DNA of 64,000 nucleotides, from contig JAWLHY010000001.1 of the NCBI GenBank assembly GCA_041690135.1, positions 352,001-416,000 of the forward strand, written 5' to 3'. Numbering within the stretch: position 1 is the stretch's first letter; each line of letters opens with the position of its first letter. A program made the translations under genes and the position numbers. Below the pieces are notes generated by a model that was not told the DNA's origin, ran no database searches, and was given only the letters and a program-made list of their open reading frames with translations. Below are positions 9,871 through 20,065 of this stretch, piece by piece. The DNA comes from Armatimonadota bacterium. GTDB lineage: Bacteria; Armatimonadota; SYMT01.

Positions 9871-10569
9871 GTGAAGGAGTACGGAGTGTACCGTTCATCG
9901 CAACGCCGCGGTTTCACCCTCATTGAACTGCTCGTCGTGATTGCTATTATCGCCATCCTCGCCGCCATCCTCTTCCCGGTCTTCGCGCAGGCCCGGGAGA
10001 AGGCTCGCCAGACGAGCTGCTCCAGCAACCTGAAGCAGATCGGGACGGCCATCCAGATGTACGTGCAGGACTACGATGAGATGATGCCTTACCTCGCCTA
10101 CAACGGCGGGAACACGCTGGGCATCCACTGGTTCGACTCGACCATGCCCTACATCAAGAATGAGCAGGTCTGGCGCTGCCCCAGCGCCAACCCCGCCGCC
10201 CGGGGCGCCGGTCTCTGGAACCCGTCAGCTACCTTTGTGCGGCGGAATGTGGATTACGCCTGGAACGAGGATGCCGCCGCCGCAGGTCGCTCCTTGGCGG
10301 TGTGCAACAACCCGGCCAGCACCTACCTGATCATGGACAAGGGCAACGCGCAGTGCTTCACCGCCTGGTACGACTGGCGCGGACGGGCACAGAATACCTA
10401 CACGGGAAGCTCGATCCCTGGCCCGCACAACGAGGGCAAGAACATCGGGTTCGCCGATGGGCACGTGAAGTGGATGAAGAGTGTGTCGATGACGGCGCGC
10501 GACCTCACCACGGCCTCCGGCACCAACCCGGACCTGACCTCGCCCTACTTCGGATACTTCCGGAACTGA
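9871..10569 (+). CDS. DUF1559 prepilin-type protein
   Basis: [28 protein letters not shown]; [13 protein letters not shown] motif. Confidence 0.92.
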   Translation: MKEYGVYRSSQRRGFTLIELLVVIAIIAILAAILFPVFAQAREKARQTSCSSNLKQIGTAIQMYVQDYDEMMPYLAYNGGNTLGIHWFDSTMPYIKNEQVWRCPSANPAARGAGLWNPSATFVRRNVDYAWNEDAAAAGRSLAVCNNPASTYLIMDKGNAQCFTAWYDWRGRAQNTYTGSSIPGPHNEGKNIGFADGHVKWMKSVSMTARDLTTASGTNPDLTSPYFGYFRN

Positions 10570-10592
10570 TCCCAACTTGATCTTTTCAAGAT

Positions 10593-10651
10593 CAGGAAAA
10601 AGGGCCTCGGTGGGTGCGGCTGGCCCGCACCCACCGAGGCCCTTTTTCCTG
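10593..10651. terminator. Bidirectional intrinsic terminator
   Basis: 27 bp perfect inverted repeat including A/T tracts (CAGGAAAAAGGGCCTCGGTGGGTGCGG...CCGCACCCACCGAGGCCCTTTTTCCTG) between convergent genes. Confidence 0.85.
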
Positions 10652-10664
10652 GGTCCAATAACCT

Positions 10665-12050
10665 CTAGATCAATTGCTTGATGGGGCTGCCGCCGGGCAG
10701 GATGGGGAAGGGGCGGTTCTGGCGGTCGAGGAATTCGGTGTGCGGGTCGATTCCCAGGACGTGATAGATCGTGGCCAGCACGTCCTCGGGGCGGTAGGGG
10801 CTCTCCGCCGGGTGCTCGGAGTGGGCGTTGGTGGCGCCGACCACCTGCCCCATGCGCAGCCCGCCACCCGCCATCATCACCGAGATCGCCTGGCCCCAGT
10901 GATCGCGGCCGGGCACATGGCGACCCAGGGCCGGTAGCCCCTTGTTCAGCTTGGGGGTCCGGCCGAACTCGCCCATCACCACTACCAGCACGTGGTCCAG
11001 CATCCCCCGCTCGTCAAGGTCCTGGACGAGATTGCTCACGGCCCGGTCCATCGCGTCGCACTTGGGCTTGATCGACTTCTCAATGTTGTCGTGGTCGTCC
11101 CAGTGGGGCATGTCGACCGTTACAAAGGTCACGCCCCGTTCCACGAGCCGGCGGGCCATGAGGGTGTAGCGGCACCAGGGGCTGTCACCATAGCGCTCCT
11201 GTACTTTCGCCGGCTCGGCGTCGATGTCGAATGCCTCTCGCACCTCCGGCTTGAGCAGCAGGTTCACGGCCTGCTGGGTAAAGAAGTCCATACTCGCCAC
11301 CGACCCATCCCGGTCCACGGCCCGGTCGAGCAGGTCGAGCTTGTTGAGCAAGCCCACGCGCTTCCCCACGCGATCCTGCTGGGGGGAAGCTTTGAACATC
11401 TTCGGTGTCGCGATCTTGGTCTTGGCCGTCGCGCCGATGTACTTGTGATCCCAATCCGCCTGGAACGGATCGTAGGGAGTTCCGAGGTAGGAAGCACCCT
11501 GGTACCCCGGGTAGAGGTAGACACTCTCCGCGGCCGGGACGCCCACGTAGGCGGGGAGAGAGGGATTGTTCGGGCCGCGCAGCCGGGAGACGTAGCTGCC
11601 GACCGACGGGTACTTCTGGTCCTTATCCGCGCCCGTGGCGCCGAAGTAGCCGGTCAGCATCTTGTGGGCGCCGGCGAAATGGTCGCCGGTGCCGTGGTGG
11701 ACCGACCGGATAAAGGCCATCCGGTGCGCCCACTTGGCATGCCCGGAAAGCAGTTCGCAGAGCTGAATCCCTTTGACGTTCGTCTCGATCGTCTTGTAGG
11801 GTCCGCGCACCTCGGCGGGAGCCTCCGGCTTGGGATCGTAGGTCTCCAACTGGCTGGGTCCGCCGTCGAGCCACACCAGGATTACGGCCGTTTTCTTGCT
11901 CGGCTTGCCGGCCGCCGCCTGGGCCGCCTGGATCCGACCGAAGTCCGCCAGCGATAACCCCGCCAGCCCGAGAAACCCTGCCTGGAGAAAACTCCGCCGC
12001 CCGAGACCCGCACAGTTGGTCGAGAGATCCGAAGCCTGGATCCGCAGCAT
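10665..12050 (-). CDS. DUF1501 domain protein (Tat signal)
   Basis: RRSFLQAG, WLDGGPSQLETYDPKP, ARRLVERGV, WDDH, MGEFGRTPK, GRDHW. Confidence 0.93.
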   Translation of the reverse strand: MLRIQASDLSTNCAGLGRRSFLQAGFLGLAGLSLADFGRIQAAQAAAGKPSKKTAVILVWLDGGPSQLETYDPKPEAPAEVRGPYKTIETNVKGIQLCELLSGHAKWAHRMAFIRSVHHGTGDHFAGAHKMLTGYFGATGADKDQKYPSVGSYVSRLRGPNNPSLPAYVGVPAAESVYLYPGYQGASYLGTPYDPFQADWDHKYIGATAKTKIATPKMFKASPQQDRVGKRVGLLNKLDLLDRAVDRDGSVASMDFFTQQAVNLLLKPEVREAFDIDAEPAKVQERYGDSPWCRYTLMARRLVERGVTFVTVDMPHWDDHDNIEKSIKPKCDAMDRAVSNLVQDLDERGMLDHVLVVVMGEFGRTPKLNKGLPALGRHVPGRDHWGQAISVMMAGGGLRMGQVVGATNAHSEHPAESPYRPEDVLATIYHVLGIDPHTEFLDRQNRPFPILPGGSPIKQLI

Positions 12051-12155
12051 CTTGCCTTACTCCTCGCCTGGCGCCTCTCCCCGGCGGAAGCGCCGCCTCA
12101 AACGTATGAGCGCGCGAATGCGCCGGGGTTTCGGCCTGTTGCGAGGGAATGCGGG

Positions 12156-12830
12156 TTAGGGCTTGGTGGCGTCGAACAATTCCGCCTTCTGGAAAGCGGC
12201 ATCTTGCTTCAGCCACTTCGCATGACCGTCGGCGAAGCAATAATTGGCCCCTCCCTGGTGGCGGGCCGGCGTGTAGCGCACGTCGGTGGCGACCCGCACG
12301 ATATAGAGCTGGTTACCCCCCGAGGGATACTCGCTGATATCTCCGCAGAATATCGTGTCTGCCGGGCGACCGATGGAGGCGAGGGTCCGATACGGGGCAC
12401 CATCCAGCGGATAGTAGCCGAAGCCGTTGCCGTAGGCGGGAGACGCGTTATTCCAGCCGATGTTCCAGCCGTAGGCCCGCTGTGCGCCGGTGGTTCGAAC
12501 CCAGGAGGGACACTTGTAGATGCCGGCGGGGGTGGCTACGCCACTGCTCTTGATGTAGGGCTCGATGACGGTGAACCAGTAGACCGCCGCGGGATAGCCG
12601 TGCCACCCCTTGGGGAATGTCTCGTCGTAGTCCTGCACGTACTGCATCGTGCCGAGGGCGATCTGCTTGCAGTTGTTCATGCAACTGGTCTTGCGCGCGG
12701 CCTCCCGCGCCTGGGCGAATACCGGGAAGAGAATGGCTGCAAGTATGGCTATGATGGCGATGACAACCAGAAGCTCGATCAGGGTGAAACCCGCTCGCCG
12801 CGGAAACCGGGGGTGAAGGCGTTGCGTCAT
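12156..12830 (-). CDS. DUF1559 prepilin-type protein
   Basis: [26 protein letters not shown]; [14 protein letters not shown]. Confidence 0.92.
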   Translation of the reverse strand: MTQRLHPRFPRRAGFTLIELLVVIAIIAILAAILFPVFAQAREAARKTSCMNNCKQIALGTMQYVQDYDETFPKGWHGYPAAVYWFTVIEPYIKSSGVATPAGIYKCPSWVRTTGAQRAYGWNIGWNNASPAYGNGFGYYPLDGAPYRTLASIGRPADTIFCGDISEYPSGGNQLYIVRVATDVRYTPARHQGGANYCFADGHAKWLKQDAAFQKAELFDATKP

Positions 12831-13105
12831 CCTGGGTTCTCCTATCCGTCCGGAAGGTGAGATAGAGGTCCCGACGGCAGAAGAGGTTGAGCCCGGAGAA
12901 CTGGCGGACTCCAGGCGGGCCTTGCCGTGCGAGCCAGGCCATGTCTTCCTCCCAACCGTGGACTACCTTCTACTATAGACACCCGATGTTGCGGGAGTGT
13001 TACGGGTGAGTGAACTTTTGGGTACGCAAATGGCACTCTGCCTGCGTGCAGGCTCATTGTGTCGCTTTGCCGGCAAGACACCGGATCCGTGAACTCTACC
13101 CGACG

Positions 13106-13157
13106 GAAAGGGGGAATGGGAACCGGCCGATGTGAGGCCGTCCCTATTCCCCCTTTC
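13106..13157 (-). terminator. Hairpin terminator after the DUF1080 gene
   Basis: GAAAGGGGGAATGGGA...TCCCTATTCCCCCTTTC inverted repeat. Confidence 0.55.
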
Positions 13158-13204
13158 GTCACTACTCCCCTTCGCCCCCACGGTCGGGATTGAAGAGACA
13201 TTTC

Positions 13205-13933
13205 CTAGTCGAGGAACTCGATGGTCGGATTGCGGTAGTAGATCTCCGCGCCTTCGGACTGCAGGTTGATGCGGCCCTTGGTCAGGCTGGCGTTGGTTCC
13301 GCGGAGGTTGCACTTGCCGTTGACCCAGTGCTCCCACTTGTCGCCCTTCGCCACCACCACCGTCTTGTTCCACTCGCCGTGCGGCTTCTCGTAGTCCGCC
13401 CACTTCACGACGCGCCCGCCGGTGTACTTCTTGCCGAGCACGTCCGTGGAAGGCGGGCCGCCTTCGCCGGAGGTGAGCCACATGTCGCCGGTATCCCCTT
13501 CCTGGATCTGGAGCTCCAGCGACTTGTTCCACACCTTATCCGGCCCGACGCAGTGGTAGAGGATCCCGGCGTCGCGCACGGCGTTCTCGCGCGGCGGCCA
13601 TTTCTTCTGGCCCCATTTGAACTCCACGGAGAACTTGTAGTTCGAGTACTCCTTCTCGGTGCTGTAGAACGCGAACTTGTGACCGCTGGCGTACATCATC
13701 CCGTCGACGATCTTGAAGACGCCGGTGGAGTCCTTGTTCTTCCCTTCGCCGGGAATGAAGGTGTACCAGCCGTCCAGGTTCTTGCCGTTGAACAGCGGGA
13801 TGGGGCCGCGGGACTGGGCGTCCGCCGGCCGGGACGACATCTGAAGGAGGCATCCGGTAGCGACCGCCAGCCCGGCAGCCACCACGACGCGCACCGCCAG
13901 CCGGTGCGACAGCCCCCGCATTCGATCGTTCAT
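13205..13933 (-). CDS. DUF1080 (3-keto-disaccharide hydrolase-like) exported protein
   Basis: LFNGKNLDGW, RDAGILY, ELQIQEGDTGD, GEWN, GRINLQSEGAEIYYRN. Confidence 0.92.
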   Translation of the reverse strand: MNDRMRGLSHRLAVRVVVAAGLAVATGCLLQMSSRPADAQSRGPIPLFNGKNLDGWYTFIPGEGKNKDSTGVFKIVDGMMYASGHKFAFYSTEKEYSNYKFSVEFKWGQKKWPPRENAVRDAGILYHCVGPDKVWNKSLELQIQEGDTGDMWLTSGEGGPPSTDVLGKKYTGGRVVKWADYEKPHGEWNKTVVVAKGDKWEHWVNGKCNLRGTNASLTKGRINLQSEGAEIYYRNPTIEFLD

Positions 13934-14119
13934 GAACCAAAACCTTTCTCTTACAACGCGTATCCGGGCGCGCCCACCGGGCGGCAGGGCCACGCTCCAC
14001 ATCCTAAGTTCGCCGTCCGTTCCGGAATCCATCCTTGCCCGGACTGCCCTTCGCGGGGGATTCTGCGCGAGAATAAGGCGGACCTTTCATCGCCGGCATG
14101 CCGGCGCGACTGCACGAAA

Positions 14120-15181
14120 ATGGGATCACACGTGCCTGACACCCAAGAATCGATGATGCTCCGGGAGATCCGGGAGCAGCCCGCCGGCCTGCAGAGGCTG
14201 CTGGATCACGAGCTCGACCGGGCAGCGGCGCTGGCCGCGGCGGCTCGGGAGCGCGAAATCTCCCTTCTCTTCATCGCCGCCCGCGGCACCAGCGACCATG
14301 CCGCCGTATACGCCAAGTACCTCACGGAGCTGATCGCCGGCCTGCCGGTGGCGCTGGCCGCCCCCTCGGTTTTCACCCTGTACGGAGGCCGCCCGCGGCT
14401 GAACAACGCCCTGGTGCTGGGCATCAGCCAGAGCGGCAAGGCGGCGGACGCAATCGAAGTGCTGCACCAGACCCGCTCCGCCGGGTGCCTGACGGGCTGC
14501 ATCACCAACGACCCGCACTCGCCGATGGCGCAGTCCGCGGAGCACCCCCTCTACTGCCACGCCGGTCCGGAGCAGAGCCTGCCGGCCACGAAGACCTACA
14601 CCACTTCCCTGGCCACGGTCTACGCGTTGGTCGCCTACCTGGCCGACCGTCCGGAACTGCTGGAAGACCTGCGCCGCACGCCGGAGTGGGTGCAGCAGGT
14701 GCTGGACCAGGAGGACCGGATCGCGGAGCACGCGGAGCGGTACCGCTACATGGATGAGTGCGTGCTCCTGGCGCGCGGCATCAACCAGTGCAGCGCGCTC
14801 GAAACGGCCCTCAAGCTCTCCGAGACCAGCTACCTCCGCGCCCACCCCTATAGCGCCGCCGACTTCCATCACGGCCCGATCGCCATCGTGGACGAGGGCT
14901 ACCCCTGCCTCCTCATCGCCCCCTCGGGCAAGGGGCTCCCGGTGATGACGGAGCTGGCGGAAGCCCTGGAGAAACGCGACGCCGAGCTCCTGGTGATCTC
15001 GGACGATGCGGGACTGCTGGGCCGGGCCCGCACCCCCCTCCCGATGCCGGCGGTGCCGGAGCTGCTCAGTCCCCTCGTGGGAATCGTGGTGGCCCAGCTC
15101 TTCGCCTATCACCTGGCGCGGGTCAAGGGGCGCGACCCCGATCGTCCCCGCGGGTTGAAGAAGGTTACGCACACACTGTAA
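14120..15181 (+). CDS. SIS-domain sugar isomerase (GlmS C-terminal-like, glucosamine-6-phosphate deaminase-like)
   Basis: MLREIREQP, ARGTSDHA, ISQSG, ATKTYT, ETALKLSE, HGPIA, PRGLKKVT; no glutaminase domain; start uncertain (14120/14132). Confidence 0.9.
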   Translation: MGSHVPDTQESMMLREIREQPAGLQRLLDHELDRAAALAAAAREREISLLFIAARGTSDHAAVYAKYLTELIAGLPVALAAPSVFTLYGGRPRLNNALVLGISQSGKAADAIEVLHQTRSAGCLTGCITNDPHSPMAQSAEHPLYCHAGPEQSLPATKTYTTSLATVYALVAYLADRPELLEDLRRTPEWVQQVLDQEDRIAEHAERYRYMDECVLLARGINQCSALETALKLSETSYLRAHPYSAADFHHGPIAIVDEGYPCLLIAPSGKGLPVMTELAEALEKRDAELLVISDDAGLLGRARTPLPMPAVPELLSPLVGIVVAQLFAYHLARVKGRDPDRPRGLKKVTHTL

Positions 15182-15216
15182 TTCGAGTCGAGATCAAAGC
15201 GTGATCCGTTGAGGGT

Positions 15217-15404
15217 GGGCGAGTGAACTCGCGGCTACAAACGGCGAAGCCGACCTCCGTCGGCTGGGGAACTCCTGCTATTCAGGTGTTCCCTTTGGCT
15301 GACGGCGCTCTTGACCGTGGCGACCGCCACAGTCACGCAGAGTTTGTATGCCCGAAGAGCCGAAGGAGGTCGGCTTTGCTTTGTGTAGCCGCGGCTTGAG
15401 CCGC
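15217..15404. repeat. REP doublet (REPIN-like), GTAG(C/G)CGCGAGTTCACTCGCCC family
   Basis: Inverted arms at 15217-15265 and 15358-15404; related copies at 27253-27274 and 49558-49579. Confidence 0.65.
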
Positions 15405-15528
15405 TTGGATACCGCCCTCGCCGGTGGGTCATCGACTGCCCTCGCCCGGCGGTTGACTGGGCGAGTGGTGTTCAGTCTCAGAGAATCGGACGTCTGGTCT
15501 CTGTCGGCAATTGATGAGAATCGAAGCC

Positions 15529-16635
15529 ATGATCAACACTGCGCGGCTAAGGCGGACGTTCCTCGATCTACTGGAGATCAATAGCCCTCCGGGTTCGGAG
15601 CGGGAGGTGACGCGCTACTGCGTGGAAGCTCTCCGCGAGGCAGGGTTCGTCTGCCAGACGGACCCCGCCGGGAACGTGATCGCCCAGAAGGCGGGGACCC
15701 GGTCCGTGGCGCCCCGTCTCTTCTTCTCCGCGCACACCGATACGGTCCAGCCCACCGCCGGACTGGTGGTGCGGGAAGAGGAGGGGGTCTTCCGGACCAG
15801 CGGCACCACCATCCTGGGCGCCGACGATAAGGCCGGGCTGGCGGAGATCCTGGAGGCAGTCCGAACCCTCGATGACCTGGGTGCCGACCATGGCGATCTC
15901 CTCGTGGCGCTCACCACGCGCGAGGAGATCGGTCTCGTCGGGGCCAAGGAGTTCGCGCCGGAGGTGCTGGCCGGCTGTATCGGCTTCGTCTTCGATGCCA
16001 GCGGCGCCCCCGGCTCCATCATCACGGCCGCGCCCACGCACGACGTGATGGAGGTGGAGATCCGCGGGAAGGCTGCCCACGCCGGCTTCGCGCCGGAGAG
16101 GGGGGTAAGCGCCCTGCAGATCGCCGCCCGCGCCCTCTGCGAGATGCGGTTAGGGCGGATCGACCCCGAGACCACGGCCAACGCCGGCGTGCTCCAGGGC
16201 GGCACGGCGAACAACATCGTTCCCGAGCACGCCACCCTCTCCCTGGAGGCCCGCAGCCGCAACCCGGAGGTGCTGGAGCGGCAGGTCGCCCACATGCGGG
16301 AGTGCCTGGAGCGGGCCGCCGCGGAGTACGGGGGCGAGATCCGCATCCGCCACGAGCGCGAGTACCGGGGTTACTCCTGGGGCCGGGACGACCTGCCGGT
16401 CCGCCTCGCCGCGGAAGCCTGGCGCCGCGCCACGGGCGAGGAGCCGACCTTCCGCCCCACCGGCGGGGGCAGCGACGCCAACGTGTTCAATGCCCGCGGC
16501 ATCCCTACTGTGGTCCTTAGCTGCGGCTACCTGGAAGCCCACAGCGTCCACGAGCACATCGCCCTCACCGACCTGGTCCGGGCCGCCGAGTGGGCCGTGC
16601 AGATCGCCATCGTCGCCGGGGAGCCCGCGGGATAA
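15529..16635 (+). CDS. M20 family metallopeptidase (peptidase T-like)
   Basis: SAHTDTV, LGADDKAG, EEIGLVGA, GKAAHAG, GGGSDAN, HSVHE. Confidence 0.92.
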   Translation: MINTARLRRTFLDLLEINSPPGSEREVTRYCVEALREAGFVCQTDPAGNVIAQKAGTRSVAPRLFFSAHTDTVQPTAGLVVREEEGVFRTSGTTILGADDKAGLAEILEAVRTLDDLGADHGDLLVALTTREEIGLVGAKEFAPEVLAGCIGFVFDASGAPGSIITAAPTHDVMEVEIRGKAAHAGFAPERGVSALQIAARALCEMRLGRIDPETTANAGVLQGGTANNIVPEHATLSLEARSRNPEVLERQVAHMRECLERAAAEYGGEIRIRHEREYRGYSWGRDDLPVRLAAEAWRRATGEEPTFRPTGGGSDANVFNARGIPTVVLSCGYLEAHSVHEHIALTDLVRAAEWAVQIAIVAGEPAG

Positions 16636-16761
16636 CGGCGGTTAATAATACAGGCGCCTGCCGGGCGCCTCTTGGGTGGGACCCTCGCGAAGTACGCGAA
16701 AAGATACCGGGTCCCACTTCTCGCGACTCCAGTTTCCGCTTCCCGCCGCCACCATCGACGT

Positions 16762-16966
16762 ACAGAGCCGACTGCCGGAGCTGCGCGGCCAACGCGAAAG
16801 CGCGAAAAAGCGAAAGCGCGAAACTTGGGAAATGAGCGGCCCGCCACGAGCCGGCAACCCGTCATCAGGCTAGATATGTTTGATCCAAGAAATTGGTCAC
16901 CTGAGAAGGACCTGATCCATGAAGGAGTCCGGTTGCCGGGTGCTCTTGGGCGGGGCCTTCACGACC
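16762..16966 (+). repeat. Partial copy of the ~325 bp dispersed repeat
   Basis: Shares GCTGCGCGGCCAACGCGAAA..., CGGCAACCCGTC and CATGAxGGAGTCCGG with 18178-18985. Confidence 0.7.
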
Positions 16967-17018
16967 GGAATTCTCGGCGACCTGCCCTGCCAAACCTGGG
17001 CAGCACGAGGGCCAGCCC

Positions 17019-18017
17019 TTATCCCGCTCCCGGCGCCGGGTTCGTTTCCCCCTGCCGCTCGGCATCCAGGAGGCCCAGCAGGTTGCCCTCGATGGTCCGG
17101 CAGATATCGTCCAGCGGCAGGTGGTTGAGGTTCTCTTTCGCAAAGGGGTTCTGCAGTTCGACCCCGATGTGGTCCAGGGAGACGATGGGATAGGCCACCA
17201 TCACGGTCAGAAACGGCACCAACCAGCTCACCCCCACCCGGTACAGCAGCGCCAGCGGTAGGGTGAGCAGAAACACGAAGATGAACCGCCGGATCTTGAT
17301 GGAGTAGACCAGGGGCAGCGGTGTGCGCAGGATGCGCTCGCACCCGCCGAGGTGATCGATCAACGAGGCTCGCTCGCGGTCCACCTGCACGAAGGCGAAG
17401 CGGTCCATTTCCCCGTTTTCCACCGCCTCCCGCAAGAGGGCTGCCAGCCGCATGGCCACGTAGGTGGGCATATGCTGCGCCGCAGCGACCCGGGCCGCGT
17501 CATCCGGTCCCAACAGCGCCTCCAGTTCCGGCAGTTCTCGCTCCGCGCGCAGGCTGCGACGGGCGACATGCGAGAAGGCGGCGGCCCACCGCACCCACCC
17601 CTCGCGCCACCGGGGATCCCGTGGCCCGTAGGCGAGGCCGCTGATCGCCAGGTTCCGGCTCTGGTTCACGATGCCGCCCCACAACCGCCGCGCCTCCCAC
17701 CAGCGCTCGTGGCCGGCATTGTTCCGGAGGACCAGCAGCACGCCCAGCGCCACGCCGATGTACTCGTGCGGCGTCGAGGCGATCCCCACCCGGATTCCCG
17801 TGGTCTGCTCGACCAGCAGCGCTCCCACCGTCGTGAACACGGCCAGCACCCCGAACAGCAACACCGTGGGCAGCACGATCGGGGTAATGGAGCCCTGGAT
17901 CGTAACGGCTTCCCGCCAGAAGCCGGTGCGGACTCCCCGGCGCTGGGGTGATGGGTCCGGAGATCCGGAGGTGCGGAACGACGTGCGGGCCGAAGATTGC
18001 TCTCGAGAAGTTGACAC
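17019..18017 (-). CDS. Bestrophin family ion channel (YneE-like)
   Basis: LLVLRNN...RWWEARRLWGGIVNQSRNL, GGCERILRTPLP, ELQNPF...NHLPLD. Confidence 0.93.
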   Translation of the reverse strand: MSTSREQSSARTSFRTSGSPDPSPQRRGVRTGFWREAVTIQGSITPIVLPTVLLFGVLAVFTTVGALLVEQTTGIRVGIASTPHEYIGVALGVLLVLRNNAGHERWWEARRLWGGIVNQSRNLAISGLAYGPRDPRWREGWVRWAAAFSHVARRSLRAERELPELEALLGPDDAARVAAAQHMPTYVAMRLAALLREAVENGEMDRFAFVQVDRERASLIDHLGGCERILRTPLPLVYSIKIRRFIFVFLLTLPLALLYRVGVSWLVPFLTVMVAYPIVSLDHIGVELQNPFAKENLNHLPLDDICRTIEGNLLGLLDAERQGETNPAPGAG

Positions 18018-18177
18018 GCTGCCAGGCTGCCTCTACGCGCTGCTCGCGGCGGCGAAGGAGACCGGGCGGGATTGCCCGCTCCGGGCATATCTCTACCCGC
18101 ATGATCCCTACCTCACGCCGGAATCTGCCCGTCCATTGCCACCTCCGCCTTCGTATCCCCACGTCACCATCGGTGCA

Positions 18178-18985
18178 CCGAGTCGACTGCCGGCGCTGCG
18201 CGGCCAACGCCCGTCCGGGCCCGTATGGGCGAAAACGCGAAACTCCGGGAATGAGAGGCCCACCGCGAACCGGCAACCCGTCTTCAAGCCCATTGCGTTT
18301 GCTGCCCAAAGTTGGTGACCGGAACGGGATCTGCTCCATGACGGAGTCCGGCTGTGAGGCCGGCCTTCGCGACCTATGCTTCTGGAACCCGACACAATCA
18401 GCGGGCAGGCCCTCGCACTCAATGGGAGTCCGGACGCCAGTCCGGCGGCTCGCGATCCTGGCGCCACGCTACCCGTCGGGATAAACAGTGAGCGCGGAAT
18501 TGCCGAGCCGATTGCGAACGCTGCGCGGCCAACGCGAAAACGCGAAATGACGAAAACGCGAAATGACGAAAGCATCAAACTTGGGAAGTGACCGGCCTGG
18601 CAAGATGGGGCGACCCCCTTCAGGCCCGATGCGTTTGCTGCCCAAACTTGGTGGCCGGAAAGTGAACTGTTTCATGACGGAGTCCGGCTGCGAGGCCGGC
18701 CTTCGCGACATGTACTTCCGGTGACCCGGCTTGCCAAGCCCGAGCCAGCCCTGGTTCCCGTCGCTCGCGACCTATGCCTCTGGAACCCGAAAGCACCAGC
18801 GGGCAGGATTATGCACCCAATGGGAGTCCGGACGCCAGTCCGGCGGCTCGCAACCCTGGCGCCACGCTACCCGTCGGGACCAACGGTAAGCGCCGAATGT
18901 CCTAACCGACTGCTGGCGCTGCGCGGGCCAACACGAAATATCCCAGAGGGAGCCCTTCGGACGAAAGACGCGAAACTACCAACTT
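18178..18985 (+). repeat. Tandem array of ~325-400 bp repeat units (2 full + 1 partial)
   Basis: Units start near 18178, 18503 and 18901; block AATGGGAGTCCGGACGCCAGTCCGGCGGCTCGC...GCGCCACGCTACCCGTCGGG is duplicated. Confidence 0.8.
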
Positions 18986-19040
18986 GAACCCGTATACCTT
19001 GCACCTTGCCGGGAGTGTGACAGTCGAAAGGACAGAGCCG

Positions 19041-20060
19041 ATGAGGCGCATTTCCTTCTTACTGGGATACCTCGGGCTCACACTTGCCCTGGTTTCCGGC
19101 GGCGCGCGGATCGAGGTTACCTCGAGTATGGCCCAGCAACTCGCCGTGGCTGTGCGGGGAAAGGATACGGCACGGGTGAAGGCACTGCTGGCGGCGGGAG
19201 CCCCGGCCAACGCAACTTTGGGTTACACCCGCTTCGAGGATATCGACTCCTACGTTCTACGCCAGCGGCCGGTGCTGATGGTCGCCCTCGGAGTACCTGA
19301 ATGGCAGCCCACCTGCTACATGGGGTGGATGGCCGAGCGGAGCCGGCTCGTACCCGGCAACCCGAAGATCGTCAGGATGCTACTCGAAGCCGGCGCGGAC
19401 CCGGATCTCCGAGCCGACGACCCCTGTCCACCGCTCTGCTTCGCGGCCCGCCACAGCCCGACGGAAGTCGTCGCACTCCTGCTGAAGCACGGTGCCGATC
19501 CTCGCCGGCGACACCCTTGCGCCTCGTACCTCCATCAGGCCGCCGGCAATTACCGGGCCGATACCGTCCGGGTTCTCCTCCGCCACGGCGCCGACCCACG
19601 GCAGCGTTATGGCGAGGGGGCCACACCCCTGTATGAGGCGGTCTCCGGCGAAGCGTGGCCACCGGAGCGTCAGGCCGACCAGGTCCACACCGTCCAGCTC
19701 CTGCTCACTGCGAACACCATCAACACGCCCGACCACGCCGGCACTACTCCCTTGATGCGCGCCGCCACCTGGGGCAACGTACCGGTGATGAAGCTGTTGA
19801 TCTCCCGTAGCGCTTCGCTCCACGCCGTGGACGATCCTGGCTACACCGCCCTGATGTACGCCTCTCGCTCCGGAACTCCCGCCGGTGTGAGGTACCTGCT
19901 GGAGCGCGGCGCCCAGACGGCAACGGAAGCCCGCGACGGCGAGACCGCCCTTACCCTGGCCGCGAAACGCCTTCTCAATGCAAAAAAGGAGGCGCTGCCG
20001 ACCGCCCGGGCCGTCCGCAAGCTCCTCGAGGACCACGCGGCGGGCAAGCGCTATCCCTAA
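19041..20060 (+). CDS. Exported ankyrin repeat protein
   Basis: Signal peptide; repeated TPLxxAA...VxxLLxxGAD motifs. Confidence 0.88.
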   Translation: MRRISFLLGYLGLTLALVSGGARIEVTSSMAQQLAVAVRGKDTARVKALLAAGAPANATLGYTRFEDIDSYVLRQRPVLMVALGVPEWQPTCYMGWMAERSRLVPGNPKIVRMLLEAGADPDLRADDPCPPLCFAARHSPTEVVALLLKHGADPRRRHPCASYLHQAAGNYRADTVRVLLRHGADPRQRYGEGATPLYEAVSGEAWPPERQADQVHTVQLLLTANTINTPDHAGTTPLMRAATWGNVPVMKLLISRSASLHAVDDPGYTALMYASRSGTPAGVRYLLERGAQTATEARDGETALTLAAKRLLNAKKEALPTARAVRKLLEDHAAGKRYP

Positions 20061-20065
20061 CGACG

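Noticed and set aside
13190-14119. N-terminal extension of the 663 aa SIS ORF (likewise extensions of lhr from 32364, xylB to 26496, anti-sigma from 28824)
   Set aside because: Extensions overlap other genes or repeats; family homology begins at downstream starts
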